Positions 10,011 to 22,367 of a DNA stretch of 64,000 bases are shown in pieces. Numbering within the stretch: position 1 is the stretch's first letter; each line of letters opens with the position of its first letter. The stretch spans positions 1,195 through 65,194 of the forward strand of contig JAYRGU010000009.1 of the NCBI GenBank assembly GCA_041907685.1. The letters are read 5' to 3'. The notes under the pieces were generated by a model. That model was not told the DNA's origin and ran no database searches. It worked only from the letters and a program-made list of their open reading frames with translations. A program made the translations under genes and the position numbers. The stretch is from Prevotella sp. (lineage in GTDB: Bacteria; Bacteroidota; Bacteroidia; Bacteroidales; Bacteroidaceae).

Positions 10011-11003
10011 TTAATCTTTATCTAATTTATATTTAGAAATATCGGTTCCAAACGATAGATTCAGACTCTCGAGCAAATCATCAAGCTCAGTGAGCGATTT
10101 CTTACCGAAGTTACGGAACTTCAGGAGGTCCGTCTTATTGTACTGTACTAAATCACCTAATGTTTCTACATCAGCGGCTTTCAAACAATTGAGAGCACGA
10201 ACAGACAGATTCATATCAACGAGTTTAGTCTTTAACAATTGACGCATATGAAGGATTTCTTCATCAAATTCTTGATTATTTTCATTTTCTCCTGTTTCAA
10301 GAGTGATTTTCTCATCAGAAAACAACATAAAATGATAAATCAGAATTTTTGCGGCCTCTTTTAGTGCATCTTTCGGGTTAATGGAACCATCCGTTGTTAC
10401 TTGTATAACAAGTTTATCATAGTCAGTCTTTTGCTCAACACGGAACGGTTCAACTGAATATTTTACATTACGGATTGGAGTGTAAATAGAATCGATTGGA
10501 ATTACATTCGCATCGGTGCAGAACTCGCGATTTTCATCTGACGGTACATATCCGCGACCTTTGTTAATGGTAAGATCAATCTGCATTGAAGCTTTGGCAT
10601 CTAAATGACAAATCACCATATCAGGGTTTAACACTTCAAATCCAGTCAGATACTTACCTATATCACCAGCTTTAAATTCCGTAGAATTCTCGACGGTGAT
10701 ACTGACTTTTTCATTCTCGAATTCTTCTACTACTTGCTTGAATCTTACTTGCTTCAGATTCAAGATAATGTTGGTTACATCTTCCTTTACACCAGGTACT
10801 GATGAGAACTCATGCTCTACACCCGCAATGCGGATAGTATTAATAGCATAACCCTCGAGCGATGAAAGAAGAATACGGCGCAAAGCGTTACCGACGGTAA
10901 CACCAAAGCCAGGCTCTAATGGACGAAATTCGAATTTACCGAACTTGTCATCAGCCTCCAGCATTACTACTTTATCAGGTTTTTGAAATGCTAATATCGC
11001 CAT
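10011..11003 (-). CDS. rpoA: RNA polymerase alpha subunit
   Basis: [21 protein letters not shown]; alpha-[18 protein letters not shown]. Confidence 0.99.
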   Translation of the reverse strand: MAILAFQKPDKVVMLEADDKFGKFEFRPLEPGFGVTVGNALRRILLSSLEGYAINTIRIAGVEHEFSSVPGVKEDVTNIILNLKQVRFKQVVEEFENEKVSITVENSTEFKAGDIGKYLTGFEVLNPDMVICHLDAKASMQIDLTINKGRGYVPSDENREFCTDANVIPIDSIYTPIRNVKYSVEPFRVEQKTDYDKLVIQVTTDGSINPKDALKEAAKILIYHFMLFSDEKITLETGENENNQEFDEEILHMRQLLKTKLVDMNLSVRALNCLKAADVETLGDLVQYNKTDLLKFRNFGKKSLTELDDLLESLNLSFGTDISKYKLDKD

Positions 11004-11015
11004 TAATTTAATGAT

Positions 11016-11621
11016 TTATTTAGAGTACAACTCAACGATTAATTGTTCCTTTATATTCTCTGGAATGTCAGCACGTTCTGGCTTATGCAAGAACTTACCG
11101 CTCTTAGTATTCTCATCCCACTCTATCCAAGGATATTTGCTGTGGTTAAAACCAGCAAGGGCTGCGTCAATGACTTCTAATGATTTAGCCTTTTCGCGTA
11201 CTGCAACAATCTGACCTGGTTTAACTGAATAAGAAGGAATTGATACAACTTTACCATCAACTATTATATGTTTGTGGCCTACCAACTGACGAGCAGCTGC
11301 ACGTGTTGGTGCCATTCCCAAACGGAATACAACATTGTCTAGACGACTCTCTAGGTCTTGAAGGAGAACCTCGCCAGTAATACCATCTGACTTTGCTGCT
11401 TTTGCAAACATATTTCTGAACTGACGTTCTAGAACTCCATATGTATACTTTGCCTTTTGCTTCTCTGCCAACATGACACCGTACTCAGATAATTTTCTAC
11501 GACGGTTATTGCCATGCTGTCCAGGAGGGAAGTTCCTTCTGGACAAAACTTTGTCTGCGCCGAAAATTGGTTCTCCAAAACGACGTGCAATTTTTGATTT
11601 CGGTCCTGTATATCTTGCCAT
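11016..11621 (-). CDS. rpsD: 30S ribosomal protein S4
   Basis: [27 protein letters not shown]. Confidence 0.99.
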   Translation of the reverse strand: MARYTGPKSKIARRFGEPIFGADKVLSRRNFPPGQHGNNRRRKLSEYGVMLAEKQKAKYTYGVLERQFRNMFAKAAKSDGITGEVLLQDLESRLDNVVFRLGMAPTRAAARQLVGHKHIIVDGKVVSIPSYSVKPGQIVAVREKAKSLEVIDAALAGFNHSKYPWIEWDENTKSGKFLHKPERADIPENIKEQLIVELYSK

Positions 11622-11655
11622 AATAAAATATATGCTTTAAATTAAATATTTGTAT

Positions 11656-12045
11656 TTATACTCTACGTCTCTTTGGAGGACGGCATCCATTATGTGGTAA
11701 CGGAGTTACATCAACAATCTCTGTAACTTCTATACCTGCTGAATGTACGGCACGTATTGCTGATTCACGACCATTTCCTGGACCCTTAACGAATGCCTTT
11801 ACTTTGCGTAAACCAAGATCAAAAGCAATCTTTGCGCAATCCTCTGCTGCCATTTGAGCTGCATAAGGAGTATTCTTCTTAGAACCACGAAATCCCATTT
11901 TTCCTGCTGAAGACCATGAAATAATCTGACCTTCGCTATTTGCTAAAGACACGATGATATTATTGAAAGAACTATGAACATGAAGCTGTCCCATAGCATC
12001 AATTTTTACGTTTCTTTTCTTTGATGTTGCTGTTTTCTTTGCCAT
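11656..12045 (-). CDS. rpsK: 30S ribosomal protein S11
   Basis: [28 protein letters not shown]. Confidence 0.99.
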   Translation of the reverse strand: MAKKTATSKKRNVKIDAMGQLHVHSSFNNIIVSLANSEGQIISWSSAGKMGFRGSKKNTPYAAQMAAEDCAKIAFDLGLRKVKAFVKGPGNGRESAIRAVHSAGIEVTEIVDVTPLPHNGCRPPKRRRV

Positions 12046-12054
12046 AACTAATTA

Positions 12055-12435
12055 TTATTTAGTAGCCTTTTTCTTATTAGCAACAGTCTTCTTCTTACCC
12101 TTACGTGTACGAGCATTATTCTTTGTGCTCTGACCACGAACAGGAAGACCATTACGATGACGAACTCCACGATAACAACCAATATCCATCAGTCGCTTAA
12201 TGTTCAACTGGATCTCTGAACGGAGATCACCTTCTACTTTGAATCCAGCGCCGATAATTTCACGGATTTTAGCTGCCTGTTCATCAGTCCACTCGCTGAC
12301 TTTCAGTTCACGGCTCACGCCTGCCTCATCCAATATCTTTGCTGAACTACTTCGGCCTATACCATAGATATAAGTCAATGCGATTTCGCCACGCTTATTT
12401 TGGGGCAAATCTACTCCAACAATTCTTATTGCCAT
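12055..12435 (-). CDS. rpsM: 30S ribosomal protein S13
   Basis: [31 protein letters not shown]. Confidence 0.99.
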   Translation of the reverse strand: MAIRIVGVDLPQNKRGEIALTYIYGIGRSSSAKILDEAGVSRELKVSEWTDEQAAKIREIIGAGFKVEGDLRSEIQLNIKRLMDIGCYRGVRHRNGLPVRGQSTKNNARTRKGKKKTVANKKKATK

Positions 12436-12480
12436 ATTAAATAAATGAATTAATAATGTTTATTTATAAACTTTTTACAT

Positions 12481-12597
12481 TTAACCCTGACGCATCTTGT
12501 ACTTAGGGTTCTTTTTGTTAATAACGAACAAACGACCTTTACGACGGACTATTTTGCATTCCGGCGTACGTTTCTTCAGTGATGCTTTTGTCTTCAT
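12481..12597 (-). CDS. rpmJ: 50S ribosomal protein L36 (zinc-ribbon-lacking form)
   Basis: Manual translation [38 protein letters not shown]; below the ORF track size cutoff. Confidence 0.97.
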   Translation of the reverse strand: MKTKASLKKRTPECKIVRRKGRLFVINKKNPKYKMRQG

Positions 12598-12609
12598 ATA
12601 TCTCTAATT

Positions 12610-12828
12610 TTATTTGTATCTAAATACGATTCTACCTTTGGATAAGTCATAAGGACTCATTTCAACCTTTACTTTATCCCCTGGTAATATTTTGATATAG
12701 TGCATTCTCATTTTACCAGAGATGTGCGCTGTTATCTCATGTCCATTTTCCAATTCTACTCGAAACATTGCATTTGATAATGCTTCAACGATTGTTCCGT
12801 CTTGCTCAATAGCGGATTGTTTTGCCAT
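12610..12828 (-). CDS. infA: Translation initiation factor IF-1
   Basis: [20 protein letters not shown]. Confidence 0.99.
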   Translation of the reverse strand: MAKQSAIEQDGTIVEALSNAMFRVELENGHEITAHISGKMRMHYIKILPGDKVKVEMSPYDLSKGRIVFRYK

Positions 12829-12830
12829 AA

Positions 12831-13631
12831 TTAATATAATTTTCCTTCAACACGTTCAATTTCTTCAAAAGAAGATAAAATATAAGCTTTTCCCTTTCTA
12901 ATTGCTATTGTATGCTCAAAATGTGCAGCAGGTTTGCAATCTCTTGTTCTTATGCTCCAGCGATCTTGCATAATATAAATGGATCTATCACCCATCGTTA
13001 CCATTGGTTCTATCGCTATACACATCCCAGCTTTCAAAAGAACACCATTACCTTTTTTCCCATAATTAGGAACTTGGGGATCTTCGTGCATTTTTCTTCC
13101 AATACCATGACCAACCAATTCCCTTATGATCCCATAGCCATGACATTCACAATTCTCTTGGATAGCACTTCCGATATCTCCTAAATGTTTACCAGCAACA
13201 GCTTTTTCTATACCTAAATAAAGAGATTCTTTTGTTGTCTTAAGCAATAATTTAATATCTTCTGAAATATCACCTACAGCAAATGTGTAACAAGAATCTC
13301 CATTATAGCCATCCAAAAGTGTACCACAATCAATAGATATAATGTCGCCATCTTTCAAGATTGTTTTACTATCAGGGATACCATGTACAACAACATCATT
13401 AATTGATGTGCATATACTTGCTGGGAATGGACATCCATAAGGGCTATTAAATCCTTTGAATGTAGGGACTGCACCATTATCTCTAATGAATTCATCCGCT
13501 AATTTATCCAATTCCAATGTCGTAACACCTGGTTTTATATGCTTTGCCAACTCGCCGAGCGTTTTACTGACGAGTTGGTTTGCATTATACATCAACTCAA
13601 TTTCATCTTCAGTCTTCAGAAATATCTGCAT
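12831..13631 (-). CDS. map: Methionine aminopeptidase type I
   Basis: [27 protein letters not shown]. Confidence 0.97.
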   Translation of the reverse strand: MQIFLKTEDEIELMYNANQLVSKTLGELAKHIKPGVTTLELDKLADEFIRDNGAVPTFKGFNSPYGCPFPASICTSINDVVVHGIPDSKTILKDGDIISIDCGTLLDGYNGDSCYTFAVGDISEDIKLLLKTTKESLYLGIEKAVAGKHLGDIGSAIQENCECHGYGIIRELVGHGIGRKMHEDPQVPNYGKKGNGVLLKAGMCIAIEPMVTMGDRSIYIMQDRWSIRTRDCKPAAHFEHTIAIRKGKAYILSSFEEIERVEGKLY

Positions 13632-13643
13632 TCCGAATAGACA

Positions 13644-14990
13644 TTAATATGCAGAAACGCCTCCTGATTTGCCACGTACATGACCTGAATTTAGCAAGCC
13701 ATCATAATGACGCATAAGCAAATGACTTTCAACCTGCTGTAAGGTATCAATAACGACTCCGACTAAAATCAAGAGTGATGTACCTCCAAAGAATTGAGAG
13801 AAAGCATCTTGCACGTTCAGAAGGCCAGCAAAAGCAGGCATTATTGCGACAAACGCAATAAAAAGAGAACCAGGGAATGTTATACGAGACATTACTGTGT
13901 CTATATATTCTGCAGTATCTTTTCCTGGCTTTATACCTGGGATAAATCCGTTATTACGTTTCATATCCTCAGCCATCTGTTGTGGATTTAAAGTAATTGC
14001 TGTATAGAAATATGTGAATGCTATAATCAAAATAGCAAAAACACAATTATACATAAGACTTCTATGATCCATCAATGAGCGCATAACCCAACTAGTATTG
14101 TCTCCTGTTGAATATTTTACGAACGCTAAAGGAATGAACATCAATGCCTGAGCAAAGATAATAGGCATTACATTAGCTGCAAATAACTTTAATGGTATAT
14201 ACTGGCGTGCGCCACCATATTGTTTGTTTCCAACAAGACGTTTTGCATATTGAACCGGAACCTTTCTCGTTCCTTGAACTAGCAATATAGATGCACAAAC
14301 AACCACATATAAGATTATAATCTCAACAATAAACATAACAAGGCCACCTCCAGTTATAGCAGTGAATCTAGAGCCAATTTCCTGGACAAAAGCCTGAGGC
14401 AAACGAGCAATAATACCAATCATAATGATTAGAGAAATGCCATTACCTACACCTTTATCCGTAATGCGCTCACCTAACCAAAGGATGAACATACTACCTG
14501 CAGCAAGGATAATAGTGGCTGGTATCATGAATACAGACCAAGAAACGCCTGAGGCCAAAGCGCCAGAGGCCTGCATCTTAAGATTAATAAGGTATGACGG
14601 TGCTTGGAAAAGCAATATAGCAATTGTAAGCACACGTGTATACCAATTAATCTTTTTATGACCACTTTCGCCTTCACGCTGCATCTTCTGGAAATAAGGT
14701 ACAGCCACAGCTAGGAGTTGCATTACGATAGAAGCTGAGATATAAGGCATAATTCCCAATGCAAAGATTGAAGCATTAGAAAAAGCACCACCAGAGAACA
14801 TATCCAACAGTGACATCAAGCCTCCTGCTGTTTGGGACTGTAATTTATACAACATACTCGGATTTATACCTGGCAAAACCACGAATGATCCAAAACGATA
14901 AATCGCAGCAAAAAGAAGAGTGATTAATAAGCGTTGACGCAAATCTTCAATCTTCCAACAGTTCTTTAGTGTCTCAATAAACTTCTTCAT
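13644..14990 (-). CDS. secY: Preprotein translocase SecY
   Basis: SIFALGIMPYISASI, GNGISLII, FIPGIKPG, GGTSLLI. Confidence 0.99.
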   Translation of the reverse strand: MKKFIETLKNCWKIEDLRQRLLITLLFAAIYRFGSFVVLPGINPSMLYKLQSQTAGGLMSLLDMFSGGAFSNASIFALGIMPYISASIVMQLLAVAVPYFQKMQREGESGHKKINWYTRVLTIAILLFQAPSYLINLKMQASGALASGVSWSVFMIPATIILAAGSMFILWLGERITDKGVGNGISLIIMIGIIARLPQAFVQEIGSRFTAITGGGLVMFIVEIIILYVVVCASILLVQGTRKVPVQYAKRLVGNKQYGGARQYIPLKLFAANVMPIIFAQALMFIPLAFVKYSTGDNTSWVMRSLMDHRSLMYNCVFAILIIAFTYFYTAITLNPQQMAEDMKRNNGFIPGIKPGKDTAEYIDTVMSRITFPGSLFIAFVAIMPAFAGLLNVQDAFSQFFGGTSLLILVGVVIDTLQQVESHLLMRHYDGLLNSGHVRGKSGGVSAY

Positions 14991-14997
14991 AATATAC

Positions 14998-15444
14998 TTA
15001 GATTATAGTTGCATTTCCACCTACAGCTTTGATAGCCTCTTCAGCTGTTTTAGAGAAAGCATTAGCTTCAACGTCTATTTTTGCTTTCAATTCTCCATTA
15101 CCCAATATCTTAACCAACGAACTAGTTTTAACTAAATCTGCAGCTACAAGTTCTGTCTTTGATATCTTTGTAAGGTTTTTAGTTTCAGCTAGAGTTTGAA
15201 GTGTTGAAAGGTTTACAGCTACATATTCCTTATGGTTGATATTTTTAAATCCAGCCTTAGGAACACGACGCTGCAAAGGCATCTGACCACCTTCAAATCC
15301 AATTTTTCTCTTATAACCTGATCTAGCTTTAGCACCTTTATTACCACGTGTTGAAGTGCCTCCTAGACCAGAACCAGTACCACGACCAATTCTACGACTT
15401 GAATGTGTAGAACCCTCAGCTGGTTTTAAATTATTTAATTTCAT
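14998..15444 (-). CDS. rplO: 50S ribosomal protein L15
   Basis: GRGTGSGLG, GFEGGQMPL. Confidence 0.99.
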   Translation of the reverse strand: MKLNNLKPAEGSTHSSRRIGRGTGSGLGGTSTRGNKGAKARSGYKRKIGFEGGQMPLQRRVPKAGFKNINHKEYVAVNLSTLQTLAETKNLTKISKTELVAADLVKTSSLVKILGNGELKAKIDVEANAFSKTAEEAIKAVGGNATII

Positions 15445-15473
15445 AATCGAATTTTTTTTAACGTTTGGATTAA

Positions 15474-15650
15474 TTAATCGATAACTGCCACCAAATGGTG
15501 AACCTTACTTATCATTCCGCGCATTGATGGATTATCTTCAACCTCTACTATTTGAGAAATTTTGTGTAATCCTAGTGCGATGAGCGTACGCTTTTGATCT
15601 TTAGGAGCATTAACGCGGCTCTTAATCTGTTTGATTTTAATTGTTGCCAT
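15474..15650 (-). CDS. rpmD: 50S ribosomal protein L30
   Basis: Manual translation MATIKIKQIKSRVNAPKDQKRTLIALGLHKISQIVEVEDNPSMRGMISKVHHLVAVID; not in the ORF track. Confidence 0.97.
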   Translation of the reverse strand: MATIKIKQIKSRVNAPKDQKRTLIALGLHKISQIVEVEDNPSMRGMISKVHHLVAVID

Positions 15651-15661
15651 ATTTTTTCTCC

Positions 15662-16174
15662 TTATCCTCTAAAGACTTTGTCCATACTAATACCACGTGT
15701 TCCTGCAATTGTGTAGGCATCTCTCATCTGACTAAGAGCCAAGATTGTAGCTTTTACCAAATTGTGAGGATTTGAAGAACCCTTTGACTTAGCCAAAACA
15801 TCCTTAATACCAACACTTTCAAGAACAGCACGCATAGCACCACCTGCTACAACACCAGTACCGGCTGCAGCTGGTTTAAGCAGAACCTGAGACCCTCCAA
15901 AATGTGCTTCCATTTCATGAGGGACTGTTCCTTTTAAAACAGGAACCTTAAATAGATTCTTCTTTGCTGCTTCTACTCCTTTTGCAATTGCTGAAGTTAC
16001 TTCTCCTGCTTTACCTAAACCGTAACCGATTACGCCATTGCCATCGCCTACAACAACAATAGCTGCAAAAGTGAAGGTACGACCTCCCTTTGTTACCTTA
16101 GTAACACGGTTTATAGCAACCAATCTGTCTTTTAATTCAACGTCACTATTTACTTTAACTTTGTCCATTGCCAT
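15662..16174 (-). CDS. rpsE: 30S ribosomal protein S5
   Basis: [22 protein letters not shown]. Confidence 0.99.
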   Translation of the reverse strand: MAMDKVKVNSDVELKDRLVAINRVTKVTKGGRTFTFAAIVVVGDGNGVIGYGLGKAGEVTSAIAKGVEAAKKNLFKVPVLKGTVPHEMEAHFGGSQVLLKPAAAGTGVVAGGAMRAVLESVGIKDVLAKSKGSSNPHNLVKATILALSQMRDAYTIAGTRGISMDKVFRG

Positions 16175-16180
16175 AATCGT

Positions 16181-16525
16181 TTAAAATTTAAGTCCACCTT
16201 TACGTGCTGCATCAGCAAGTTGTTTAACTCTACCATGATAAAGGTAACCATTACGGTCAAATACGACTGCAGTAATTCCAGCCTCAATAGCTTTCTTTGC
16301 AACCAATTCTCCAACCTTTTCTGCTTGTTGCACCTTAGGCATTGTTTCCAAACCTATAGAAGAAGCAGAAGCTAAAGTTTTACCTTCTTGATCATTAATT
16401 ATTTGAACATAAATTTGTTTGTTGCTGCGAAAAACACTCATACGTGGTCTTTCTGCAGAACCATTTACGCTCTTACGAATTCTATATTTGATTTTTATTC
16501 GTCTTTCTACTTTCTTTGTTGTCAT
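16181..16525 (-). CDS. rplR: 50S ribosomal protein L18
   Basis: [23 protein letters not shown]. Confidence 0.99.
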   Translation of the reverse strand: MTTKKVERRIKIKYRIRKSVNGSAERPRMSVFRSNKQIYVQIINDQEGKTLASASSIGLETMPKVQQAEKVGELVAKKAIEAGITAVVFDRNGYLYHGRVKQLADAARKGGLKF

Positions 16526-16543
16526 AATCGTAAATTATTAAAG

Positions 16544-17110
16544 TTACTTAGCTGCAGCCGTCTTACCAGACTTTCTGCGAATAACCTCGCCTTGGAACAA
16601 TATTCCTTTTCCTTTATAAGGTTCAGGCATACGGAAAGAACGAATTTTTGCACAAATAAGGCCTAACAACTGTTTGTCGCAAGACTCCAACATGAGTATA
16701 GGATTTTGATTCCTTTCTGATTTAGTCTCAACCTTTACTTCACTTGGTAATTGAATGAAAATAGGGTGGGTATAACCAAGAGCAAATTCAATAATATTAC
16801 CTTGATTTGAAACTCGATAACCAACACCGACCAACTCCAAAGTCTTCTTGTATCCTTCACTAACACCAATAACCATGTTATTAACTAATGAACGATAAAG
16901 ACCATGAAATGCTTGCTTTTGCTTCTGATCTACAGAGCTTTTTTCATCAACTTCGAATTCTATCTGACCGTCTGCTATCTTAACGATAATAGAAGAATCT
17001 ACCATCTGAGAAAGTTCGCCTTTCGGACCTTTTACTGTTACAATACCATCCTTTTGATTAACAGTTACACCTGCAGGAATACTAATTGGTAATTTTCCTA
17101 TTCTTGACAT
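16544..17110 (-). CDS. rplF: 50S ribosomal protein L6
   Basis: MSRIGK start at 17110; PEPYKGKGI. Confidence 0.98.
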   Translation of the reverse strand: MSRIGKLPISIPAGVTVNQKDGIVTVKGPKGELSQMVDSSIIVKIADGQIEFEVDEKSSVDQKQKQAFHGLYRSLVNNMVIGVSEGYKKTLELVGVGYRVSNQGNIIEFALGYTHPIFIQLPSEVKVETKSERNQNPILMLESCDKQLLGLICAKIRSFRMPEPYKGKGILFQGEVIRRKSGKTAAAK

Positions 17111-17124
17111 TTTTAATCCTCCAA

Positions 17125-17520
17125 TTAATATACATAACAAAGAACCTCACCGCCAATTTTCAGGTCAGAAGCTTCTTTATTTGTCATTACACCTTTAGAT
17201 GTGGATATAATTGCTATACCCAATCCGTTAATAACTCTCGGCATGTCTTTATAACCTGTATACTTACGTAAGCCAGGAGTAGACACTCTTTTCAAACACT
17301 TAATAGCATTTGTTTTTGTAGCTGTATCGTATTTCAAGGCAACCTTTATAGTTCCTTGTGGGCCTACTTCAATGAACTTATAGTTCAAAATGTAACCCTT
17401 CTCGAAGAGGATTTTAGTAATCTCTTTCTTCAAGTTAGAGGCTGGAACTTCAACGACACGGTGATGAGCCATGATTGCGTTTCTCAACCTCGTCAGATAA
17501 TCTGCTATTGGATCTGTCAT
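17125..17520 (-). CDS. rpsH: 30S ribosomal protein S8
   Basis: MTDPIADYLTRLRNA, STSKG, GGEVLCYV. Confidence 0.99.
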   Translation of the reverse strand: MTDPIADYLTRLRNAIMAHHRVVEVPASNLKKEITKILFEKGYILNYKFIEVGPQGTIKVALKYDTATKTNAIKCLKRVSTPGLRKYTGYKDMPRVINGLGIAIISTSKGVMTNKEASDLKIGGEVLCYVY

Positions 17521-17578
17521 AAAATATAAATGTTTAATTAATCGGGAATCCCCGACAATATTAAAAAATGTTCTTAAA

Positions 17579-17881
17579 TTACCAACTGGCTTTCTTAACC
17601 CCAGGTATCAAACCGTTAGAAGCCATTTCACGGAACTGTATACGTGAAAGGCCAAATTGACGAATATATCCCTTTGGACGGCCAGTTATCTTACAACGAT
17701 TATGCAAACGGATAGGGTTTGCATTACGAGGAATACTTTGAAGTTTGCGAGCAGCTTCATAAGCTTCTGCTGGATCATCGCTTGTTGCGATTACCGATTT
17801 CAATGCTGCGCGTTTTTCTGCATAACGAGCTACCATTTTAGCACGTTTAACTTCGCGAGCTTTCATTGATTCTTTAGCCAT
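17579..17881 (-). CDS. rpsN: 30S ribosomal protein S14 (long, zinc-independent form)
   Basis: [14 protein letters not shown]...IPGVKKASW. Confidence 0.98.
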   Translation of the reverse strand: MAKESMKAREVKRAKMVARYAEKRAALKSVIATSDDPAEAYEAARKLQSIPRNANPIRLHNRCKITGRPKGYIRQFGLSRIQFREMASNGLIPGVKKASW

Positions 17882-17886
17882 ATCTC

Positions 17887-18441
17887 TTAATCGTTTTTAG
17901 AATTTTTGAATGGCAGACCAAATCCTTTTAGGAGAGCATAACCTTCTTCATCAGTGTTAGCTGATGTAACGAATGTAATGTTCATTCCTTGAATACGATC
18001 TACAGTATCGATATTTATTTCAGGAAAGATAATCTGTTCCTCAATTCCAAGTGTATAATTACCACGACCATCAAACTTGCTCTCAATACCCTTAAAGTCA
18101 CGAATACGAGGGAGTGCAACACGTACCAACTTCTCCAAGAATTCGTACATGCACTCACGACGAAGAGTTACCATAACTCCAATAGGCATTTTTTTACGAA
18201 GTTTGAAATTCGCAATATCTTTCTTTGAAAATGTAGCGACAGCTTTCTGTCCTGTTATTGTAGTGATTTCATTTATCGCTACGTCTACAATTTTTTTATC
18301 TTGAGTTGCATCGCCCAAACCTTGATTGATTACGATCTTTTTCAAGACAGGAATCTGCATAGTCGAAGAATAATTAAACTGTTTTTGCAGTGCTGGAGCT
18401 ATGCTCTCAACATATACATTCTTTAATTGTGCTGTATTCAT
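17887..18441 (-). CDS. rplE: 50S ribosomal protein L5
   Basis: [22 protein letters not shown]. Confidence 0.99.
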   Translation of the reverse strand: MNTAQLKNVYVESIAPALQKQFNYSSTMQIPVLKKIVINQGLGDATQDKKIVDVAINEITTITGQKAVATFSKKDIANFKLRKKMPIGVMVTLRRECMYEFLEKLVRVALPRIRDFKGIESKFDGRGNYTLGIEEQIIFPEINIDTVDRIQGMNITFVTSANTDEEGYALLKGFGLPFKNSKND

Positions 18442-18761
18442 TATTTAATTTCCTCCCCTGATTTTTTAGCGATACGAACTTTTGTTCCATCCTCATTTTT
18501 CTTAATTGAAATACGAGTAGCTTTACCACTTTTAGGATCAATCAAACTCAAATTAGAAATCTGTATTGGGGCTTCTTGTTTAACAATTCCACCCTGAGGG
18601 TTCTTAGCGCTTGGTTTTGTGCTCTTAGAAACGACGTTAACGCCTTCAACAATCGCACGGTTTTCTTCTACCAAGACCTTTAGTACCTTACCAGTTTTGC
18701 CCTTATCATTTCCTGAAAGAACAATGACTGTATCGTTTTTCTTTATATGTAACTTACTCAT
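18441..18761 (-). CDS. rplX: 50S ribosomal protein L24
   Basis: KOW motif [18 protein letters not shown]. Confidence 0.99.
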   Translation of the reverse strand: MSKLHIKKNDTVIVLSGNDKGKTGKVLKVLVEENRAIVEGVNVVSKSTKPSAKNPQGGIVKQEAPIQISNLSLIDPKSGKATRISIKKNEDGTKVRIAKKSGEEIK

Positions 18762-18780
18762 TACTTCTATTACTTAAATG

Positions 18781-19146
18781 TTAAAGTACCTCAGGTGCCA
18801 ACGAAACGACTTTCATATTTACTGCACGCAACTCACGAGCAACAGGGCCGAAGATACGACTACCACGGAGTTCACCTGCATTGTTCAACAAAACACAAGC
18901 ATTATCATCAAAACGGATGTAAGATCCATCTGCTCGACGAATTTCTTTCTTTGTACGAACAATTAAAGCCTTTGATACTGCACCTTTTTTCAAATCACTT
19001 GACGGGATGACATTTTTAACTGCAACAACAATAACATCACCCACACTTGCGTAACGACGACGCGTTCCACCTAGGACGCGAATACATAAAACCTCGCGAG
19101 CGCCGCTGTTATCACATACTGTAAGTCTTGATTCTGCTTGTATCAT
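18781..19146 (-). CDS. rplN: 50S ribosomal protein L14
   Basis: [19 protein letters not shown]. Confidence 0.99.
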   Translation of the reverse strand: MIQAESRLTVCDNSGAREVLCIRVLGGTRRRYASVGDVIVVAVKNVIPSSDLKKGAVSKALIVRTKKEIRRADGSYIRFDDNACVLLNNAGELRGSRIFGPVARELRAVNMKVVSLAPEVL

Positions 19147-19148
19147 AA

Positions 19149-19415
19149 TTACTTAGCTTTTTCAATTATTTGAACTAATCTCCATCTCTTTGTTTTGCTC
19201 AAAGGACGAGTCTCCATAATGAGTACAGTATCTCCTACATTTGCCTCATTTTTCTCATCATGTACATGATATTTTTTTGTCTTTTGGACAAATTTACCAT
19301 ATATTGGGTGCATCTCCTTAAACTTGGCTGCAATAACAATGGTTTTATCCATTTTATTACTAACAACTACACCCGTTCTTGTCTTTCTTAAATTTCTTGT
19401 TTCCATCTGGACCAT
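19149..19415 (-). CDS. rpsQ: 30S ribosomal protein S17
   Basis: [22 protein letters not shown]. Confidence 0.99.
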   Translation of the reverse strand: MVQMETRNLRKTRTGVVVSNKMDKTIVIAAKFKEMHPIYGKFVQKTKKYHVHDEKNEANVGDTVLIMETRPLSKTKRWRLVQIIEKAK

Positions 19416-19417
19416 TG

Positions 19418-19612
19418 TTATTTATTGAGTTCTCTCTGACGGAGTTCTGATTTCATACGTGCTATATTTCGACGAGCAGCTTTAATCTGTAATGGATTCT
19501 CCAGTGGAGTAATAGAGTGGTTCAACTTCATTTGGTTGTATTTTGCCACTTCATTTTCTATTCTCTCTGCTAATTCCTTAGCATCAAGTTCTCTTACTTC
19601 TTTAATCTTCAT
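19418..19612 (-). CDS. rpmC: 50S ribosomal protein L29
   Basis: [16 protein letters not shown]; position in the S10 block. Confidence 0.97.
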   Translation of the reverse strand: MKIKEVRELDAKELAERIENEVAKYNQMKLNHSITPLENPLQIKAARRNIARMKSELRQRELNK

Positions 19613-19617
19613 AATAA

Positions 19618-20046
19618 TTAAGCGTTTTTATCGAAATCACGTCTAACAACAAACTTAGTCTTTACAGGTAGTTTCTGCGCTGCAAGGCGTAAAGCCTCTT
19701 TTGCGATATCAAAAGAAACACCTTCTACTTCAAAGAGGATACGTCCTGGCGTAACAGGAGCGACCCAACCAGCTGGATCTCCTTTTCCTTTACCCATACG
19801 TACGTCTGCAGGTTTACGAGTTATTGGTTTATCTGGAAATATACGAATCCAAACTTGACCTTCGCGCTGCATGTAACGGTTGACAGCTACACGAGCTGCC
19901 TCAATCTGACGACTATCCAACCATTTGGCCTCTAGAGTTTTGATTCCAAATGATCCGAAAGCCAATTGTGTACCTCTGTGGGCGTTGCCTTTATTGCCAC
20001 GTCCGTCTTGGGGTCTTCTATATTTTACTCTCTTAGGTTGTAACAT
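19618..20046 (-). CDS. rplP: 50S ribosomal protein L16
   Basis: MLQPKR, RMGKGKG. Confidence 0.99.
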   Translation of the reverse strand: MLQPKRVKYRRPQDGRGNKGNAHRGTQLAFGSFGIKTLEAKWLDSRQIEAARVAVNRYMQREGQVWIRIFPDKPITRKPADVRMGKGKGDPAGWVAPVTPGRILFEVEGVSFDIAKEALRLAAQKLPVKTKFVVRRDFDKNA

Positions 20047-20062
20047 GATAGCTTCTTACTTT

Positions 20063-20788
20063 TTAGCGATTATTGTTTCTCTTACGATTTCTTCCAGGTT
20101 TGCCGCCATTCTGACGACTATTGTTTTCCTTGCTTTGCGAGAAGTTCGGTGTTAAATCACGTTTACCATAAACTTCACCACGACAAATCCAGACTTTTAT
20201 ACCTAATAGACCTACCTTTGTAAGAGCTTCTGCCTGACAGAAATCGATATCAGCACGAAATGTATGTAAAGGAGTACGTCCTTCTTTATACATTTCTTTA
20301 CGAGCCATCTCAGCTCCATTCAATCGACCTGTAATTTGAACTTTAATACCTTCTGCTCCAGAACGCATAGTATTAGCTATAGCCATTTTTATAGCACGTC
20401 TATAAGCTATTTTCCCTTCTACCTGACGAGCTATATTATTAGCTACGATAGAAGCATCAAGTTCTGGTTTTTTTACTTCAAAGATATTAATTTGAATCTC
20501 TTTATCGTAGAGTTTTTTCAACTCTTCTTTCAGTTTGTCAACATCTTGACCACCTTTACCAATGACAATGCCCGGACGAGCTGTGCAAACAGTAATGGTA
20601 ACTAGTTTCAAAGTACGTTCTATGACAATACGTGAAACGCTAGCCTTAGCCAAGCGTTCATTAAGATACTTACGGATTTTAGTGTCTTCTACTAAGTTAT
20701 CTCCGAAGTCTTTGCCTCCAAACCAATTTGAATCCCAACCTCTTACAATACCTAAACGGTTGCTTATTGGATTAACTTTCTGTCCCAT
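20063..20788 (-). CDS. rpsC: 30S ribosomal protein S3
   Basis: [25 protein letters not shown]. Confidence 0.99.
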   Translation of the reverse strand: MGQKVNPISNRLGIVRGWDSNWFGGKDFGDNLVEDTKIRKYLNERLAKASVSRIVIERTLKLVTITVCTARPGIVIGKGGQDVDKLKEELKKLYDKEIQINIFEVKKPELDASIVANNIARQVEGKIAYRRAIKMAIANTMRSGAEGIKVQITGRLNGAEMARKEMYKEGRTPLHTFRADIDFCQAEALTKVGLLGIKVWICRGEVYGKRDLTPNFSQSKENNSRQNGGKPGRNRKRNNNR

Positions 20789-20796
20789 TCTATTAA

Positions 20797-21213
20797 TTAT
20801 TTATCATTAGTTTTTGCGTCTGATGCTTTCGTATCAACGAAGAGTGTGACGTGGTTAGAACGTTTACGGATTCTATAGCCTCTACCCTGAGGTGCTGGTC
20901 TCATACGCTTGAGAGTTACGCCTTCATCAACGAAGACTTTACTAATGTATAATTCACCATCCTCAGCTTTGCGGTCATTCTTTGTCTCCCAATTTGCAAT
21001 AGCAGAGCGAAGAAGTTTCTCTACGTCAGCAGCAGCAGCTTTTTTAGAGAACTTCAGAACGCCTAGAGCGCGATTAACTTCCATACCGCGGATCATGTCT
21101 ACGACATAACGCATTTTACGCGGAGAAGATGGCACGCCTTTCAACTTTGCGAAGTACAATGTTTTAAGGGCTTCTTTTCTTTTTTCAGCCGATATTTTTT
21201 TTCTTGCTCCCAT
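20797..21213 (-). CDS. rplV: 50S ribosomal protein L22
   Basis: SPRKMR, SAIAN, RPAPQGR. Confidence 0.98.
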   Translation of the reverse strand: MGARKKISAEKRKEALKTLYFAKLKGVPSSPRKMRYVVDMIRGMEVNRALGVLKFSKKAAAADVEKLLRSAIANWETKNDRKAEDGELYISKVFVDEGVTLKRMRPAPQGRGYRIRKRSNHVTLFVDTKASDAKTNDK

Positions 21214-21248
21214 TATTTTATCTTTTTATTTTCAATGGATTGACCTGC

Positions 21249-21515
21249 CTACCTTTTATTACCTGCATGGCCGCCGAACTTACGTGTCGGTGAGAATTCT
21301 CCCAACTTATGTCCTACCATGTTCTCAGTAACGTAAACAGGGATAAATTTATTTCCGTTATGAACTGCAACAGTGTGTCCCACAAAATCAGGGGAAATCA
21401 TTGATGCTCTAGCCCAAGTCTTAACTACACTTTTTTTACCACTCTCGTTCATCGCGAGAATTTTCTTTTCAAGTGATACATTAATGTAAGGACCTTTTTT
21501 TAATGAACGACTCAT
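21249..21515 (-). CDS. rpsS: 30S ribosomal protein S19
   Basis: [18 protein letters not shown]. Confidence 0.99.
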   Translation of the reverse strand: MSRSLKKGPYINVSLEKKILAMNESGKKSVVKTWARASMISPDFVGHTVAVHNGNKFIPVYVTENMVGHKLGEFSPTRKFGGHAGNKR

Positions 21516-21536
21516 AATTTACTCTTGTTAACTTTG

Positions 21537-22361
21537 TTATTTATTAGCTCTTTCGATAATATACTTGCTAGAAAGCTTCTTTGGAGCTCTTGTCTTAAGA
21601 CCCTTAGCATACAAGCCCTTACGTGAACGTGGGTGACCTCCAGACTGACGTCCTTCACCACCACCCATTGGGTGATCAACAGGGTTCATAACGACGCCAC
21701 GGTTATGTGGGCGGCGGCCCAACCAACGTGAGCGGCCAGCTTTACCAGACTGCTCTAGAGCATGATCTGAGTTTCCAACACTACCAATTGTAGCCTTACA
21801 AGCACTTAAAATCTGACGAGTTTCGCCAGAAGGAAGTTTTATAACACAATAACTACCTTCACGAGATGTCAACTGCGCGAAATTACCAGCCGAACGAACG
21901 AGCAATGCACCCTGACCTGGACGTAATTCGATATTATGAATTACTGTACCAACAGGAATGTTAGCGAGAGGAAGTGAGTTTCCTATTTCAGGAACAGCAT
22001 CCTTACCTGACATTAAAGTTGCACCAACTTGCAATCCATTAGGAGCAATAATGTAACGTTTTTCACCATCAGCATAATTCAACAAAGCGATACGAGCCGA
22101 ACGATTCGGATCGTATTCGATTGTTTTCACTACAGCTGGAACACCATCTTTCTCACGTTTAAAGTCTATCAAACGATACTTCTGCTTATGACCACCACCA
22201 ATATAACGAACGGTCATTTTACCAGTGTTATTTCTACCACCTGAAGAACGTTTACCGTAAACGAGAGACTTTTCTGGTACGGATGCAGTAATGTCCTCGA
22301 ACGTACCAATAATCTTGTGTCTTTGACCCGGGGTTACCGGTTTTAATTTACGTACTGCCAT
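21537..22361 (-). CDS. rplB: 50S ribosomal protein L2
   Basis: [21 protein letters not shown]. Confidence 0.99.
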   Translation of the reverse strand: MAVRKLKPVTPGQRHKIIGTFEDITASVPEKSLVYGKRSSGGRNNTGKMTVRYIGGGHKQKYRLIDFKREKDGVPAVVKTIEYDPNRSARIALLNYADGEKRYIIAPNGLQVGATLMSGKDAVPEIGNSLPLANIPVGTVIHNIELRPGQGALLVRSAGNFAQLTSREGSYCVIKLPSGETRQILSACKATIGSVGNSDHALEQSGKAGRSRWLGRRPHNRGVVMNPVDHPMGGGEGRQSGGHPRSRKGLYAKGLKTRAPKKLSSKYIIERANK

Positions 22362-22367
22362 TTTTAT

